Assembly (NCBI GenBank): GCA_938017515.1
Contig: CALIJJ010000060.1
Coordinates: 18,633-82,632 of the forward strand
DNA length: 64,000 bases
Direction of reading: 5' to 3'
Source: an uncultured Pseudanabaenaceae cyanobacterium
GTDB taxonomy: Bacteria > Cyanobacteriota > Cyanobacteriia > PCC-9006 > JAAUQQ01
Shown here in pieces: positions 41,462 to 49,484 of the stretch. The notes under the pieces are model-generated. The model made no database searches. It was not told where the DNA came from and was given only the letters and a program-made list of their open reading frames with translations. The position numbers and the translations under genes were made by a program. Every line of letters starts with the position of its first letter. Within the stretch, counting starts at the first letter, position 1.

Positions 41462-42340
41462 TTAAAGGGTCGCTAACAACTGCGCCATCATGCGATTGGC
41501 CTGGGCATCGTAGCTGCCACCAAAGAGATTGAAGTGATTCAGGATGTGATAGAGGTTGTAGAGAATTTTTCGGGCTTTATACCCCCCATCTAGGGGCCAG
41601 ATCGCTTCATAGCCCTGGTAAAAGGCGGGTGGGAAGCCGCCAAAGAGTTCGGTCATGGCCAGATCGACTTCGCGATCGCCATAGTAGGCAGCCGGGTCAA
41701 AGATGCTCGGTGTGTTGTCCGCCAGAATTGCCGCATTGCCAGACCACAGATCGCCATGGACCAGGGACGGCTCTGGGGCGTGACCGGCGAGAAGCTGGGG
41801 GATGGCGTCGAGGAGGCGATCGCCCTGCTCAAATCGTCCGCCCTTGCGGTTGCCGAGCCTGAGTTGATAGCCAATGCGATGCTCAACCCAGAAATCGGTC
41901 CAACTTGGGGTCCAGTCATTGATCTGGGGGGTCGAACCAATGGTGTTGTTGCGCTGCCAGCCAAAGCCTTTGTCGCTGATGGCCAGTCGATGCAGTCGCG
42001 CCAGCTGACGACCCATCTCCCCCCAGGCTTGTGCATCGCCACGACCGCCAAAGTCGAGGTATTCCATGACGATGTAGCAGGAACTGCCAGCGGTGCCGTG
42101 GCAAATGGGCTTCGGTACACGGATGGCGTTGGCAGTGGCCATTTGCTTGAGGCCGAGGGCTTCGGCTTCAAACATGGGGAGTTGTCCCGCGCTATTCAGT
42201 TTGATGAAGTAGCTGTCGCCGCTTTCGCTAGTAATCGCAAAGCCTTGGTTGATGCAGCCACCCCCCACGGTTTTGCGATCGCTCAACTCAAACGTTCGCC
42301 CTGTCGCTTGGCTGATGTGCTGGCTTACTTCATTCCACAT
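41462..42340 (-). CDS. fructosamine/ketosamine-3-kinase family protein
   Basis: 292 aa from ATG 42340 (MWNEVSQHISQATGRTFEL...GGGCINQGF). The catalytic region is PSLVHGDLWSGN. The track ORF (to 42496) would overlap the upstream M16 gene. Confidence 0.85.
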   Translation of the reverse strand: MWNEVSQHISQATGRTFELSDRKTVGGGCINQGFAITSESGDSYFIKLNSAGQLPMFEAEALGLKQMATANAIRVPKPICHGTAGSSCYIVMEYLDFGGRGDAQAWGEMGRQLARLHRLAISDKGFGWQRNNTIGSTPQINDWTPSWTDFWVEHRIGYQLRLGNRKGGRFEQGDRLLDAIPQLLAGHAPEPSLVHGDLWSGNAAILADNTPSIFDPAAYYGDREVDLAMTELFGGFPPAFYQGYEAIWPLDGGYKARKILYNLYHILNHFNLFGGSYDAQANRMMAQLLATL

Positions 42341-42404
42341 GTCGAATCTCTGTTTGAGGGAATTCTCCCCTATCTGAATTGAGTGATGACAGGATTGACG
42401 TTGG

Positions 42405-43724
42405 CTATACCTTGTCTGCGGACTGTTTTTCAGGCCGAATGATAACGAGGCTGTAGGCATCTGTTGGCAAATAGCGCAGTGCTGCCTCTTGTACATCTGC
42501 CGCGGTTATTTTTCGGATGATGTCGGGGTAGTTGAACGCTGGTTCCAAGTCACCAATCAAGGTTTGGTAGTAGCCGTAGAGGCCAGTGCGATCGCTCGGT
42601 CTTTCGTTGCCAAAGACAAACCGATTCGCCACCTGGGTCCGAATGCGGTTGAGTTCTGACGCCTTCACCGGATTGACCTGGAGTTCGCGAATATGGGCCA
42701 GCACCGCTGCTTCTACCTGCTCAATATTCTCTTCCTTCAGACGAGCCGATATCGTGAATATTCCCTGGGCCCAATAGTCCGTATTGCCTGCGGAGATGGA
42801 TGTGACCAGCGATCGCGTCTCCCGCAAATCCTGCACCAGCCTTGACGTCCGTCCATGGGACATCACCGATGACAACACATCCAGGGGATAGGTGTCTTCA
42901 ATATGCTGGAGACCCGGCACCCGCCAGGTCATCATCATGCGCGCCTGCTGCAGAGTTGGGTCCGTAAATTCGTGGCGCTGAATCTGAGTGAAGGCTGGCT
43001 CTGGAACCACCGCCGCCGATGTTGCGGGGGCAGGGGAAATCGCACCTGTACGATCGTGGAATGCCTGGGGAATATTTTCGACAATGGTTTCGATAATGGC
43101 TTCCACCGGCAGGTTGCCCACCGCCACAATGGTCAAATTCTGAGGCTGGTACCAGGTGCGATAAAAATCTCGCATTTCCTGGGGCGTAATATTTTCGATA
43201 ACGCTGCTTGGCCCCAACACCGACCGACGGTAAGGAAGTCGGTCAAAGGTGCTTTCCACCATGTGGGTATAGGTGCGTCGTTGGGGATTGTCCTCTGCCC
43301 GACGAATTTCTTCGAGAACGACGTGGCGCTCGGATGCAAAATCACTGTCTGGGATGCTCGGATTAAACACGAGGTCAAGTTGCAGCGGTGCCAGGGTCGC
43401 AAAATCCTGGGGAGCGCAGGTGATATAGAAATGGGTGTAATCCTGGCTGGTCGCAGCGTTCATCACTGCTCCCCGTTCTTCCACCCGACGTTCAAATTCC
43501 CCGGCTTTGAGCTGGTCCGTTCCCTTGAAGACCATGTGCTCTAGGAAGTGAGCCACACCATTGATGGCATCGGTTTCCACGGCTGAGCCCACCCTGGCCC
43601 AAATATCGAGGGACATCACCTCGACGGGCATTTGTTCGGCAATAATCCTGAGGCCATTGGGCAACGTATGCACCGTTGGATTGTTGAGCCGAGAGGCGAC
43701 TGGGTTGACAAGAACCGATGTCAT
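42405..43724 (-). CDS. M16 (pitrilysin/insulinase) family zinc peptidase
   Basis: 439 aa with the inverted zinc motif GVAHFLEHMVFKGT (HxxEH) and a downstream E in the RGAVMNAATSQDYT region. Confidence 0.9.
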   Translation of the reverse strand: MTSVLVNPVASRLNNPTVHTLPNGLRIIAEQMPVEVMSLDIWARVGSAVETDAINGVAHFLEHMVFKGTDQLKAGEFERRVEERGAVMNAATSQDYTHFYITCAPQDFATLAPLQLDLVFNPSIPDSDFASERHVVLEEIRRAEDNPQRRTYTHMVESTFDRLPYRRSVLGPSSVIENITPQEMRDFYRTWYQPQNLTIVAVGNLPVEAIIETIVENIPQAFHDRTGAISPAPATSAAVVPEPAFTQIQRHEFTDPTLQQARMMMTWRVPGLQHIEDTYPLDVLSSVMSHGRTSRLVQDLRETRSLVTSISAGNTDYWAQGIFTISARLKEENIEQVEAAVLAHIRELQVNPVKASELNRIRTQVANRFVFGNERPSDRTGLYGYYQTLIGDLEPAFNYPDIIRKITAADVQEAALRYLPTDAYSLVIIRPEKQSADKV

Positions 43725-43888
43725 AAAGATTTCTTAACTTTTTTAGTTGACTCAATGGTACGGGAGAGATTCAAAACAGGCATCCGAAAGTTATAAATCC
43801 GTTATGTTACGGAGATTTCGACGGTCTATGACAGTCACTGGGGATGATTTGAATCTGTTTTTTAAGTATTAATGCTTGAATTTTTCCA

Positions 43889-44854
43889 CTAGAACGGCAA
43901 CGTGTCCGTTTTTGGAAAGGTTTTCGGTTTTGAGGTGGCCCTGGCGTTTCCTTGCACTTTTTGGGGAGGTCTTTGCTGGGGTGGAGTGGCCTGGGTCGGG
44001 GTGGGGGAATTAGTGGCTACCGCTTGAGCTTGAGCTTTTTCGGATGGTTTTGGCGTCGTTTTGGACAAGTTGGAGCTTGAGCCTGCGGCGCTGGAATCTG
44101 CGGCGCTGGAATCTGCCGTGTTGACCGTGGTCTTGGAAAGCGTGGTCTCTGCTCGCTCTAGAACAGTGCAAGGGAAAGGAAACTTGGTGAGTTCGGCTTC
44201 TCGTAGTTTGCAGACCCACTGTTTGTGGGCGCCGTCCCAGCGAAACCCGGCATCCTTGGCCAATTGGCGATCGCCATAGGAGACCTCCGCCTTCACCTTG
44301 ACCTTGGGGCTCGTTGCGGATGCAATCATGGCCGGCAGATCATCCATGCGATCGAACAGGGCCGCCAGGAGCTGACAGTCCGTCAGGGCACGGTGGGCAC
44401 TGCTAACGCCGATGCCGTGGGCAAGGGCAAGGTCGATGAGTTTTTGCCCTTGGCGATGTTGTTTGGGCCAGGTGAAGTCATGGCAGGTGCAGAGCCAGGC
44501 TTGATCGTAGAGGTCCGCCAGAATGGGATGCTCCTTGAACCATTTGCGATCGAATTCAGCGTTGTGGGCAACAACGTAGGTGGCGATTTGTCCCCAGTAA
44601 TTAATTGTTTGGCAGAGATAATCGCTCAGCTCTGCAGGTGTGGCGTTGGCGGCAGCAATCGAAATATTGTTGATGGCTTCGGCGGGATTGGTGTCTAAAT
44701 CCGTCGGAATCAGTGTGCTGATCTGTTGCAAGGTGCAGTGATGATCCACGGAGTAGAGAATCGCCGCAATTTCCAGGACTTCGTGTTTGCTTTCGTCGAT
44801 GCCGCTGGTTTCGGTGTCGAGAATGAGCAGGAGCTGAGCAGGAGCGGTTGTCAT
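43889..44854 (-). CDS. DEDDh 3-prime-5-prime exonuclease (DnaQ-like) with C-terminal DUF5710-like module and low-complexity tail
   Basis: ExoI LILDTETSG, ExoII VVAHNAEFD, ExoIII HRALTDCQ. Then YGDRQLAKDAGFRWDGAHKQWV, followed by a Ser/Ala/Thr/Pro/Gln-rich tail. Confidence 0.8.
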   Translation of the reverse strand: MTTAPAQLLLILDTETSGIDESKHEVLEIAAILYSVDHHCTLQQISTLIPTDLDTNPAEAINNISIAAANATPAELSDYLCQTINYWGQIATYVVAHNAEFDRKWFKEHPILADLYDQAWLCTCHDFTWPKQHRQGQKLIDLALAHGIGVSSAHRALTDCQLLAALFDRMDDLPAMIASATSPKVKVKAEVSYGDRQLAKDAGFRWDGAHKQWVCKLREAELTKFPFPCTVLERAETTLSKTTVNTADSSAADSSAAGSSSNLSKTTPKPSEKAQAQAVATNSPTPTQATPPQQRPPQKVQGNARATSKPKTFPKTDTLPF

Positions 44855-44952
44855 AACAGTTCTGCAGCAATAGGCCTACATCGAAGCGATGTGCCTCGGC
44901 AATGCGCCTGAGCAATGCGCTTCTTCCAACAATACGCTTGTACAAATGTTTT

Positions 44953-46002
44953 CTATTGTGCCGCGTTTATGACGGTCTCTCGTCCGTGGGGCTGCATCAA
45001 ATGGCTCAGGTCGGGTCCTGTCGGGACAATTCCGCCAGGGTTGAGCGGGAATAAGTTGCCATAGTAGTCCCGCTTCACCGCTGGAATATCGCAGGTGTCG
45101 GCGACGCCGGGAAGCTGATAAATATCGCGTAAATAGCCGCTGAGGTGGGGATATTCGACAATACGTCGGCGATCGCATTTAAAAATCCCGAAATAAGCCA
45201 CATCAAAGCGAATCAGTGTCGTAAAAAGCCGAATATCGGCCAGCGTGAGTTGGCTGCCGCACAGATATCGCTGGGAGGCCAGCACCCCATCAATCTCATC
45301 GAGCATCCCAAATAGCGCGTTGACAGCTTCGTCGTAGGCTGCTTGGGTTTGGGCAAAGCCGCAGCGATAGACCCCGTTATTGATGGCTGGGTAGATCTTC
45401 TCGTTCCAGTCATCGATCGACCCACGCAAGGCTTTAGGGTAGAGGTCAACATCGGCAGAGCCACCACAGTCGTTGAAGGCTTCGTTGAGGATGACAATGA
45501 TTTCCGAACTTTCGTTGTTGACAATCGTGTTTGTTTCGCTGTCCCACAACACCGGTACGGTGTTGCGACCGCTGTAGCCGGGCTGGGTCTGGGCATAGAA
45601 CTGGGCCAGAGATTGGCAGGCGACATCGGGTTGGGGCTGAAAGGGTTCGTCGAAAATCCAGCCCCCGGCTTCGGGGGAAGGGGAGACGCGGGTGATGGCG
45701 ATCGCATCTTCCAAACCCTTCAATGCCAGCACGACGAGGGTCCGGTGTGCCCAGGGACAACTCATCCCCACAAATAGGCGATAGCGTCCAGCGGCGGCTG
45801 GATATTGAGCGTCCGTATTCCCATGCTTGGAATTTGCACCATCCCCAATGCGATGGCGAAAGGCACTCTCGGGCCTCACATAGGCACCGGATTTGTTGCG
45901 TGGGGCCATCTGCGACATCATGACGTGCCAGACCGTCTCCCAGCCCCAGCGACCGGCTTTGATGATCAGATTCGGAGGCAGTGAAGAACGGCGCTTACTC
46001 AT
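44953..46002 (-). CDS. Xi-class glutathione S-transferase / glutathionyl-hydroquinone reductase (YqjG/ECM4-like)
   Basis: 349 aa. Contains the SGAYVRPESAFRHRIG and YRLFVGMSCPWAHRTLVV (CPWA active site) motifs. Confidence 0.85.
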   Translation of the reverse strand: MSKRRSSLPPNLIIKAGRWGWETVWHVMMSQMAPRNKSGAYVRPESAFRHRIGDGANSKHGNTDAQYPAAAGRYRLFVGMSCPWAHRTLVVLALKGLEDAIAITRVSPSPEAGGWIFDEPFQPQPDVACQSLAQFYAQTQPGYSGRNTVPVLWDSETNTIVNNESSEIIVILNEAFNDCGGSADVDLYPKALRGSIDDWNEKIYPAINNGVYRCGFAQTQAAYDEAVNALFGMLDEIDGVLASQRYLCGSQLTLADIRLFTTLIRFDVAYFGIFKCDRRRIVEYPHLSGYLRDIYQLPGVADTCDIPAVKRDYYGNLFPLNPGGIVPTGPDLSHLMQPHGRETVINAAQ

Positions 46003-46232
46003 GGCAAAGACGGTGGGGAAGATGGACTAATCGTTTAACCAATGCACATTTTTGAATTTTTTCTTAAATGCTTTATGCATTGTCGTAAAAGTGTTGAGGT
46101 TGGCCCAAAAAGAAATCGCTAAAAATGTATCGACAACAACATTTTGAAAACCTCTCCAGCTTTGAACTATGACCGACTATCAAGGTACGGATTTCTCTCT
46201 CTAAAGTCGTATTGCAAGCTCAATGAACTTGC

Positions 46233-46250
46233 GTTACATTAGTTTACAAA
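46233..46250 (+). promoter_or_regulatory. HLR1 (high-light regulatory 1, RpaB-type) direct repeat
   Basis: GTTACATT AG TTTACAAA matches (G/T)TTACA(T/A)(T/A)-N2-(G/T)TTACA(T/A)(T/A) exactly. It lies 37-54 nt upstream of the hli ATG. Confidence 0.6.
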
Positions 46251-46286
46251 GCAAGGCGTAACACTCTCTCTTCGGAGGTTCAAGCA

Positions 46287-46424
46287 ATGGAAGACTCTAA
46301 ATTCGGTTTCACCCAAGCAGCAGAAACTTGGAACGGTCGTTTGGCAATGCTCGGTTTCCTGATTGGCCTAGCAACTGAACTCCTGACCGGTCAAGGTGTT
46401 CTCTCTCAAATTGGCCTGATGTAA
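46287..46424 (+). CDS. hli: high-light-inducible protein (HLIP/Scp, one-helix CAB family), 45 aa
   Basis: Not in the ORF track because it is under 60 aa. Sequence [45 protein letters not shown] carries the E-x2-NGR-x-AM chlorophyll-binding motif. GGAGG lies 9 nt upstream. Confidence 0.85.
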   Translation: MEDSKFGFTQAAETWNGRLAMLGFLIGLATELLTGQGVLSQIGLM

Positions 46425-46521
46425 CTCGTTTGTGTCACTGGTTGGTTTCTCTGCTGAGTTTCCAGCCAGTCACTCAATTATCTCTGAGTCGGTTTCTCCC
46501 GGCGCAATAAAATTCAGTAAC

Positions 46522-46543
46522 GCCCCGCGCCGCGGGGCTTTTT
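46522..46543 (+). terminator. GC-rich hairpin plus T5 after hli
   Basis: GCCCCGCG (46522-46529) / CGCGGGGC (46531-46538) followed by TTTTT. Confidence 0.55.
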
Positions 46544-46688
46544 GTGTACTGTTCCTACAAGTCTGAACCCGTTTCACGGTAGTGTTTAGATAGATTAAGT
46601 ATATAAACCTAATCCTGTAATTGAAGGCGCGCTCGCCTGAGGCGGGCGCGGGACTGCTGTAGGTCGGCTCAAGAGGTAAATCGAGGAT

Positions 46689-48242
46689 ATGCTCAGCGCT
46701 CTCGTTTGGCTGCCCATGGCGGCAGCTCTCTTGGTGGCGGTGTTGCCCCAGGAAAAAGCTTCCCAGCAATCCCGCTGGATCGCTGGCATCACATCTGGCG
46801 TGGTTTTTGTGCTGGCGTTGGCAGTATTTGCGCAGTTTGAGACTGGCAATGCAGGGCTCCAGTTTGTGGAACAAATTCCTTGGATTGACCCTCTGGGTCT
46901 CTCCTATCGGCTAGGGGTGGATGGTCTTTCCCTCCCCCTTGTTTTGCTGAATACGCTGCTGATGATCATGGTGATTTACGCCACAGAGCAGACGATTCAG
47001 CGACCGCGGCTCTACTACAGCATGATGATGCTGATTAGCGGCGGTGTCACAGGGGCGTTCCTGGCCCAGGATATGTTGCTCTTTTTCATCTTTTACGAGG
47101 TGGAGCTGATTCCCCTGTACCTGCTCATCGCTATTTGGGGCGGCAAGCGCCGGGGTTATGCGTCCACCAAGTTTTTGATTTATACCGCTGTCTCCGGGAT
47201 TTTTCTGCTTCTAGGATTCCTAGGGATTGTGGCGCTCAGTGGCTCTGGTTCCTTTGCCTATGACACGGCGATGACTGATGCCTTGCCCTTGGCTCAGCAA
47301 ATTCTGCTGCTTTCCATGCTGCTGATCGCCTTCGGGATCAAGGTGCCCATGGTGCCGTTGCACACATGGCTGCCTGATGCCCACGTCGAAGCTTCGACGC
47401 CGGTTTCTATGCTGCTCGCCGGTGTCCTGCTCAAGCTGGGTACCTATGGCTTGTTGCGGTTTGGCTTAGGTCTGTTGCCCCAGGCTTGGGAAGTGTTTGC
47501 TCCATGGCTAGCCATTCTGGCGGTGGTGAGTACGATTTATGGATCGCTCAATGCCATTGTCCAGCAGGACATGAAAAAGCTGGTGGCCTACAGCTCCATT
47601 GGCCACATGGGCTACATCATTCTGGCCCTCGCTGCGGCAACGCCGCTGAGCCTGACCGGTGCTGTTGCACAGATGGTTAGCCACGGCTTTATCTCGGCAC
47701 TACTCTTCCTGATGGTGGGCTTTGTCTATAGCCGCACGGGCACTCGTGATTTGACCGTCCTGCGGGGACTGCTGACCCCTGAGCGAGGGTTTCCCATTGT
47801 GGGCTCGCTGATGATTCTGGCTGCGATGGCGAGCAGTGGTTTGCCTGGTCTCGTGGGTTTTGTGGCAGAGTTTTCGATCTTTCGCGGCAGTTATGGTGTT
47901 TTTCCGATTCAAACGCTGTTGTGTATTGTCGGAACGGGTCTGACGTCGGTTTATTTCATTCTCTTGCTCAACCGCGCTTTCTTCGGACGCTTGCCCGATG
48001 AATTCTCCGACCTGCCTGCGATTCCCTTGAAGGAGCACATTCCTGCTTTTATCTTGGCATCTATGATCGTTGGCTTTGGCATTAAGCCCCAAGCCTTTGT
48101 GACGCTGAGCGAGGTCACGATGACGACCATTGCCCAAAATATAGCCCTGGAGCAGAAACAGACGGAACGGTTGCCCGTGAGTGCTGCGATCGCCCTTCCC
48201 GACAGTTTCTCCCTCGCTTCGGCTCCCAGTTTGTCTGACTAG
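46689..48242 (+). CDS. ndhD: NAD(P)H-quinone oxidoreductase subunit 4 (NdhD / NuoM family), D3/D4-like N-terminus
   Basis: 517 aa polytopic protein. Contains the NuoM-type motifs PMVPLHTWLPDAHVEASTPVSMLLAGVLLKLGTYGLLRF and KLVAYSSIGHMGYI. Confidence 0.9.
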   Translation: MLSALVWLPMAAALLVAVLPQEKASQQSRWIAGITSGVVFVLALAVFAQFETGNAGLQFVEQIPWIDPLGLSYRLGVDGLSLPLVLLNTLLMIMVIYATEQTIQRPRLYYSMMMLISGGVTGAFLAQDMLLFFIFYEVELIPLYLLIAIWGGKRRGYASTKFLIYTAVSGIFLLLGFLGIVALSGSGSFAYDTAMTDALPLAQQILLLSMLLIAFGIKVPMVPLHTWLPDAHVEASTPVSMLLAGVLLKLGTYGLLRFGLGLLPQAWEVFAPWLAILAVVSTIYGSLNAIVQQDMKKLVAYSSIGHMGYIILALAAATPLSLTGAVAQMVSHGFISALLFLMVGFVYSRTGTRDLTVLRGLLTPERGFPIVGSLMILAAMASSGLPGLVGFVAEFSIFRGSYGVFPIQTLLCIVGTGLTSVYFILLLNRAFFGRLPDEFSDLPAIPLKEHIPAFILASMIVGFGIKPQAFVTLSEVTMTTIAQNIALEQKQTERLPVSAAIALPDSFSLASAPSLSD

Positions 48243-48279
48243 CACCGTTCAGCCGCTGGTAAAAGCGCCTGACCTTTTG

Positions 48280-48315
48280 AAAACCCCCTCTTCCACGATT
48301 GGAAGAGGGGGTTTT
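48280..48315. terminator. bidirectional intrinsic terminator after ndhD
   Basis: CCCCCTCTTCCA (48284-48295) and TGGAAGAGGGGG (48300-48311) form a perfect 12-bp stem with a 4-nt loop. It is flanked by an A run and a T4 run. Confidence 0.7.
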
Positions 48316-48423
48316 AGCTTCTCCATCGCCCCAACCCCGAACGGTGGAACAGTCTCCTAGGCCGTATGTCTAGAGGAGCGCCTGTTTAGAGGAGCGCCTG
48401 TCATAGGGGGAGCCGAGAAACGC

Positions 48424-49317
48424 CTAAAGTCCGATTGCCATGCCCTCAAGGGCATCTAAATCGAGGGCTTGCAGGCGGGCGTAGGCATCATCAATGGCAT
48501 GCTTGCCGCGTAGAAAACCGATGCTCGCTCCCGGGCAAATATATTGCAGTTGCTCGGGGGCAAAGTGGTTTTGCAGCATCTTCAGGCTGCGTAATTGTCG
48601 AGGCCAGTGAAAGGTCTTGGCAGTGCGCAGGGGCGAGCAGTTTCCCTGCCTTGTGGGTAGAAGATGACGCCCGGTAAACAAGACGCCGCCAGCACCGCTC
48701 CAATGGAGGCAAGCTGCTCCCGGAGAAAATCCGCTAGTCCAAAGGGCGGTCAGCGCTTCGCTAATGGCCAGTTCTCGGTGGAACGATGTGGTCTCGATAT
48801 TGGGGAGAAGATAGGCCTCCTGCTCCTGAATCACGACTTCGCAGTCCAGAGACTGCTGAATCGTTTTGACCTGGGCGATCGCATTGCGTTGGGTCAAAAA
48901 TAGCCAGCGCACGCCCCGTTCTTGCAGGTAGCTCTGGGTCGTTTCAGTCCAGGGCGGACTGTCCACCAGAATATTCCCTGCCGCTGTTTCGATGAGATAG
49001 GACGTGCCGCCCAATGTTTCACGGTTCGGCGGAAATGCTACAACCTCTGGGAATACTGGTTGGGGAGGTTTTCCCACCGCTAAGGCTTTTTGAAAGCTCG
49101 TTGTGGTGATAGTTTCGGAGTTCGTCGTTTCGGTATCTGGCGTTTCGGTATCTGGCGTTTCAGCGCTTGATATTTCCGTGCTTGGTATTTCAGCGCTTGG
49201 TATTTCCGTGCTTGGTATTTCCGTGCTTAACCCTTCAGTCTCTGAAGGGGTTGGAGTCGAAATGTTTGCTCTTTCGGAGTCGGACACAGTCGGTTTCAGC
49301 CTTGAATGGATTGACAA
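48424..49317 (-). CDS. MBL-fold (metallo-beta-lactamase-like) protein with degenerate metal motif and repetitive N-terminus
   Basis: 297 aa with a beta-lactamase-fold-like core (SYLIETAAGNILVDSPPW ... VRWLFLTQRNAIAQ). LTQRNA occupies the position of HxHxDH. The N-terminus has (E/S)(I/T)PS(T/A)E pentapeptide repeats. Confidence 0.6.
   Translation of the reverse strand: MSIHSRLKPTVSDSERANISTPTPSETEGLSTEIPSTEIPSAEIPSTEISSAETPDTETPDTETTNSETITTTSFQKALAVGKPPQPVFPEVVAFPPNRETLGGTSYLIETAAGNILVDSPPWTETTQSYLQERGVRWLFLTQRNAIAQVKTIQQSLDCEVVIQEQEAYLLPNIETTSFHRELAISEALTALWTSGFSPGAACLHWSGAGGVLFTGRHLLPTRQGNCSPLRTAKTFHWPRQLRSLKMLQNHFAPEQLQYICPGASIGFLRGKHAIDDAYARLQALDLDALEGMAIGL
49126..49230. repeat. seven in-frame 15-nt tandem repeats in the 5-prime part of the MBL-like gene
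   Basis: CGTTTCGGTATCTGG x2, CGTTTCAGCGCTTGA, TATTTCCGTGCTTGG, TATTTCAGCGCTTGG, TATTTCCGTGCTTGG, TATTTCCGTGCTTAA. Confidence 0.85.
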
Positions 49318-49484
49318 CGGCGGTCCAAATGGCGCAGATAGAGAGGGACGTCTTGAACAACCCTACTTCACTTGCTTACAGCATCTGTTTACAGCACTTA
49401 ATGGCATCTCCCCGTTCAAGATTGAAAGTGGGAGAATAGGTGCAGTAGTTCTCGTCGTCTAGCGATTAATCGAACCTATCAAGA

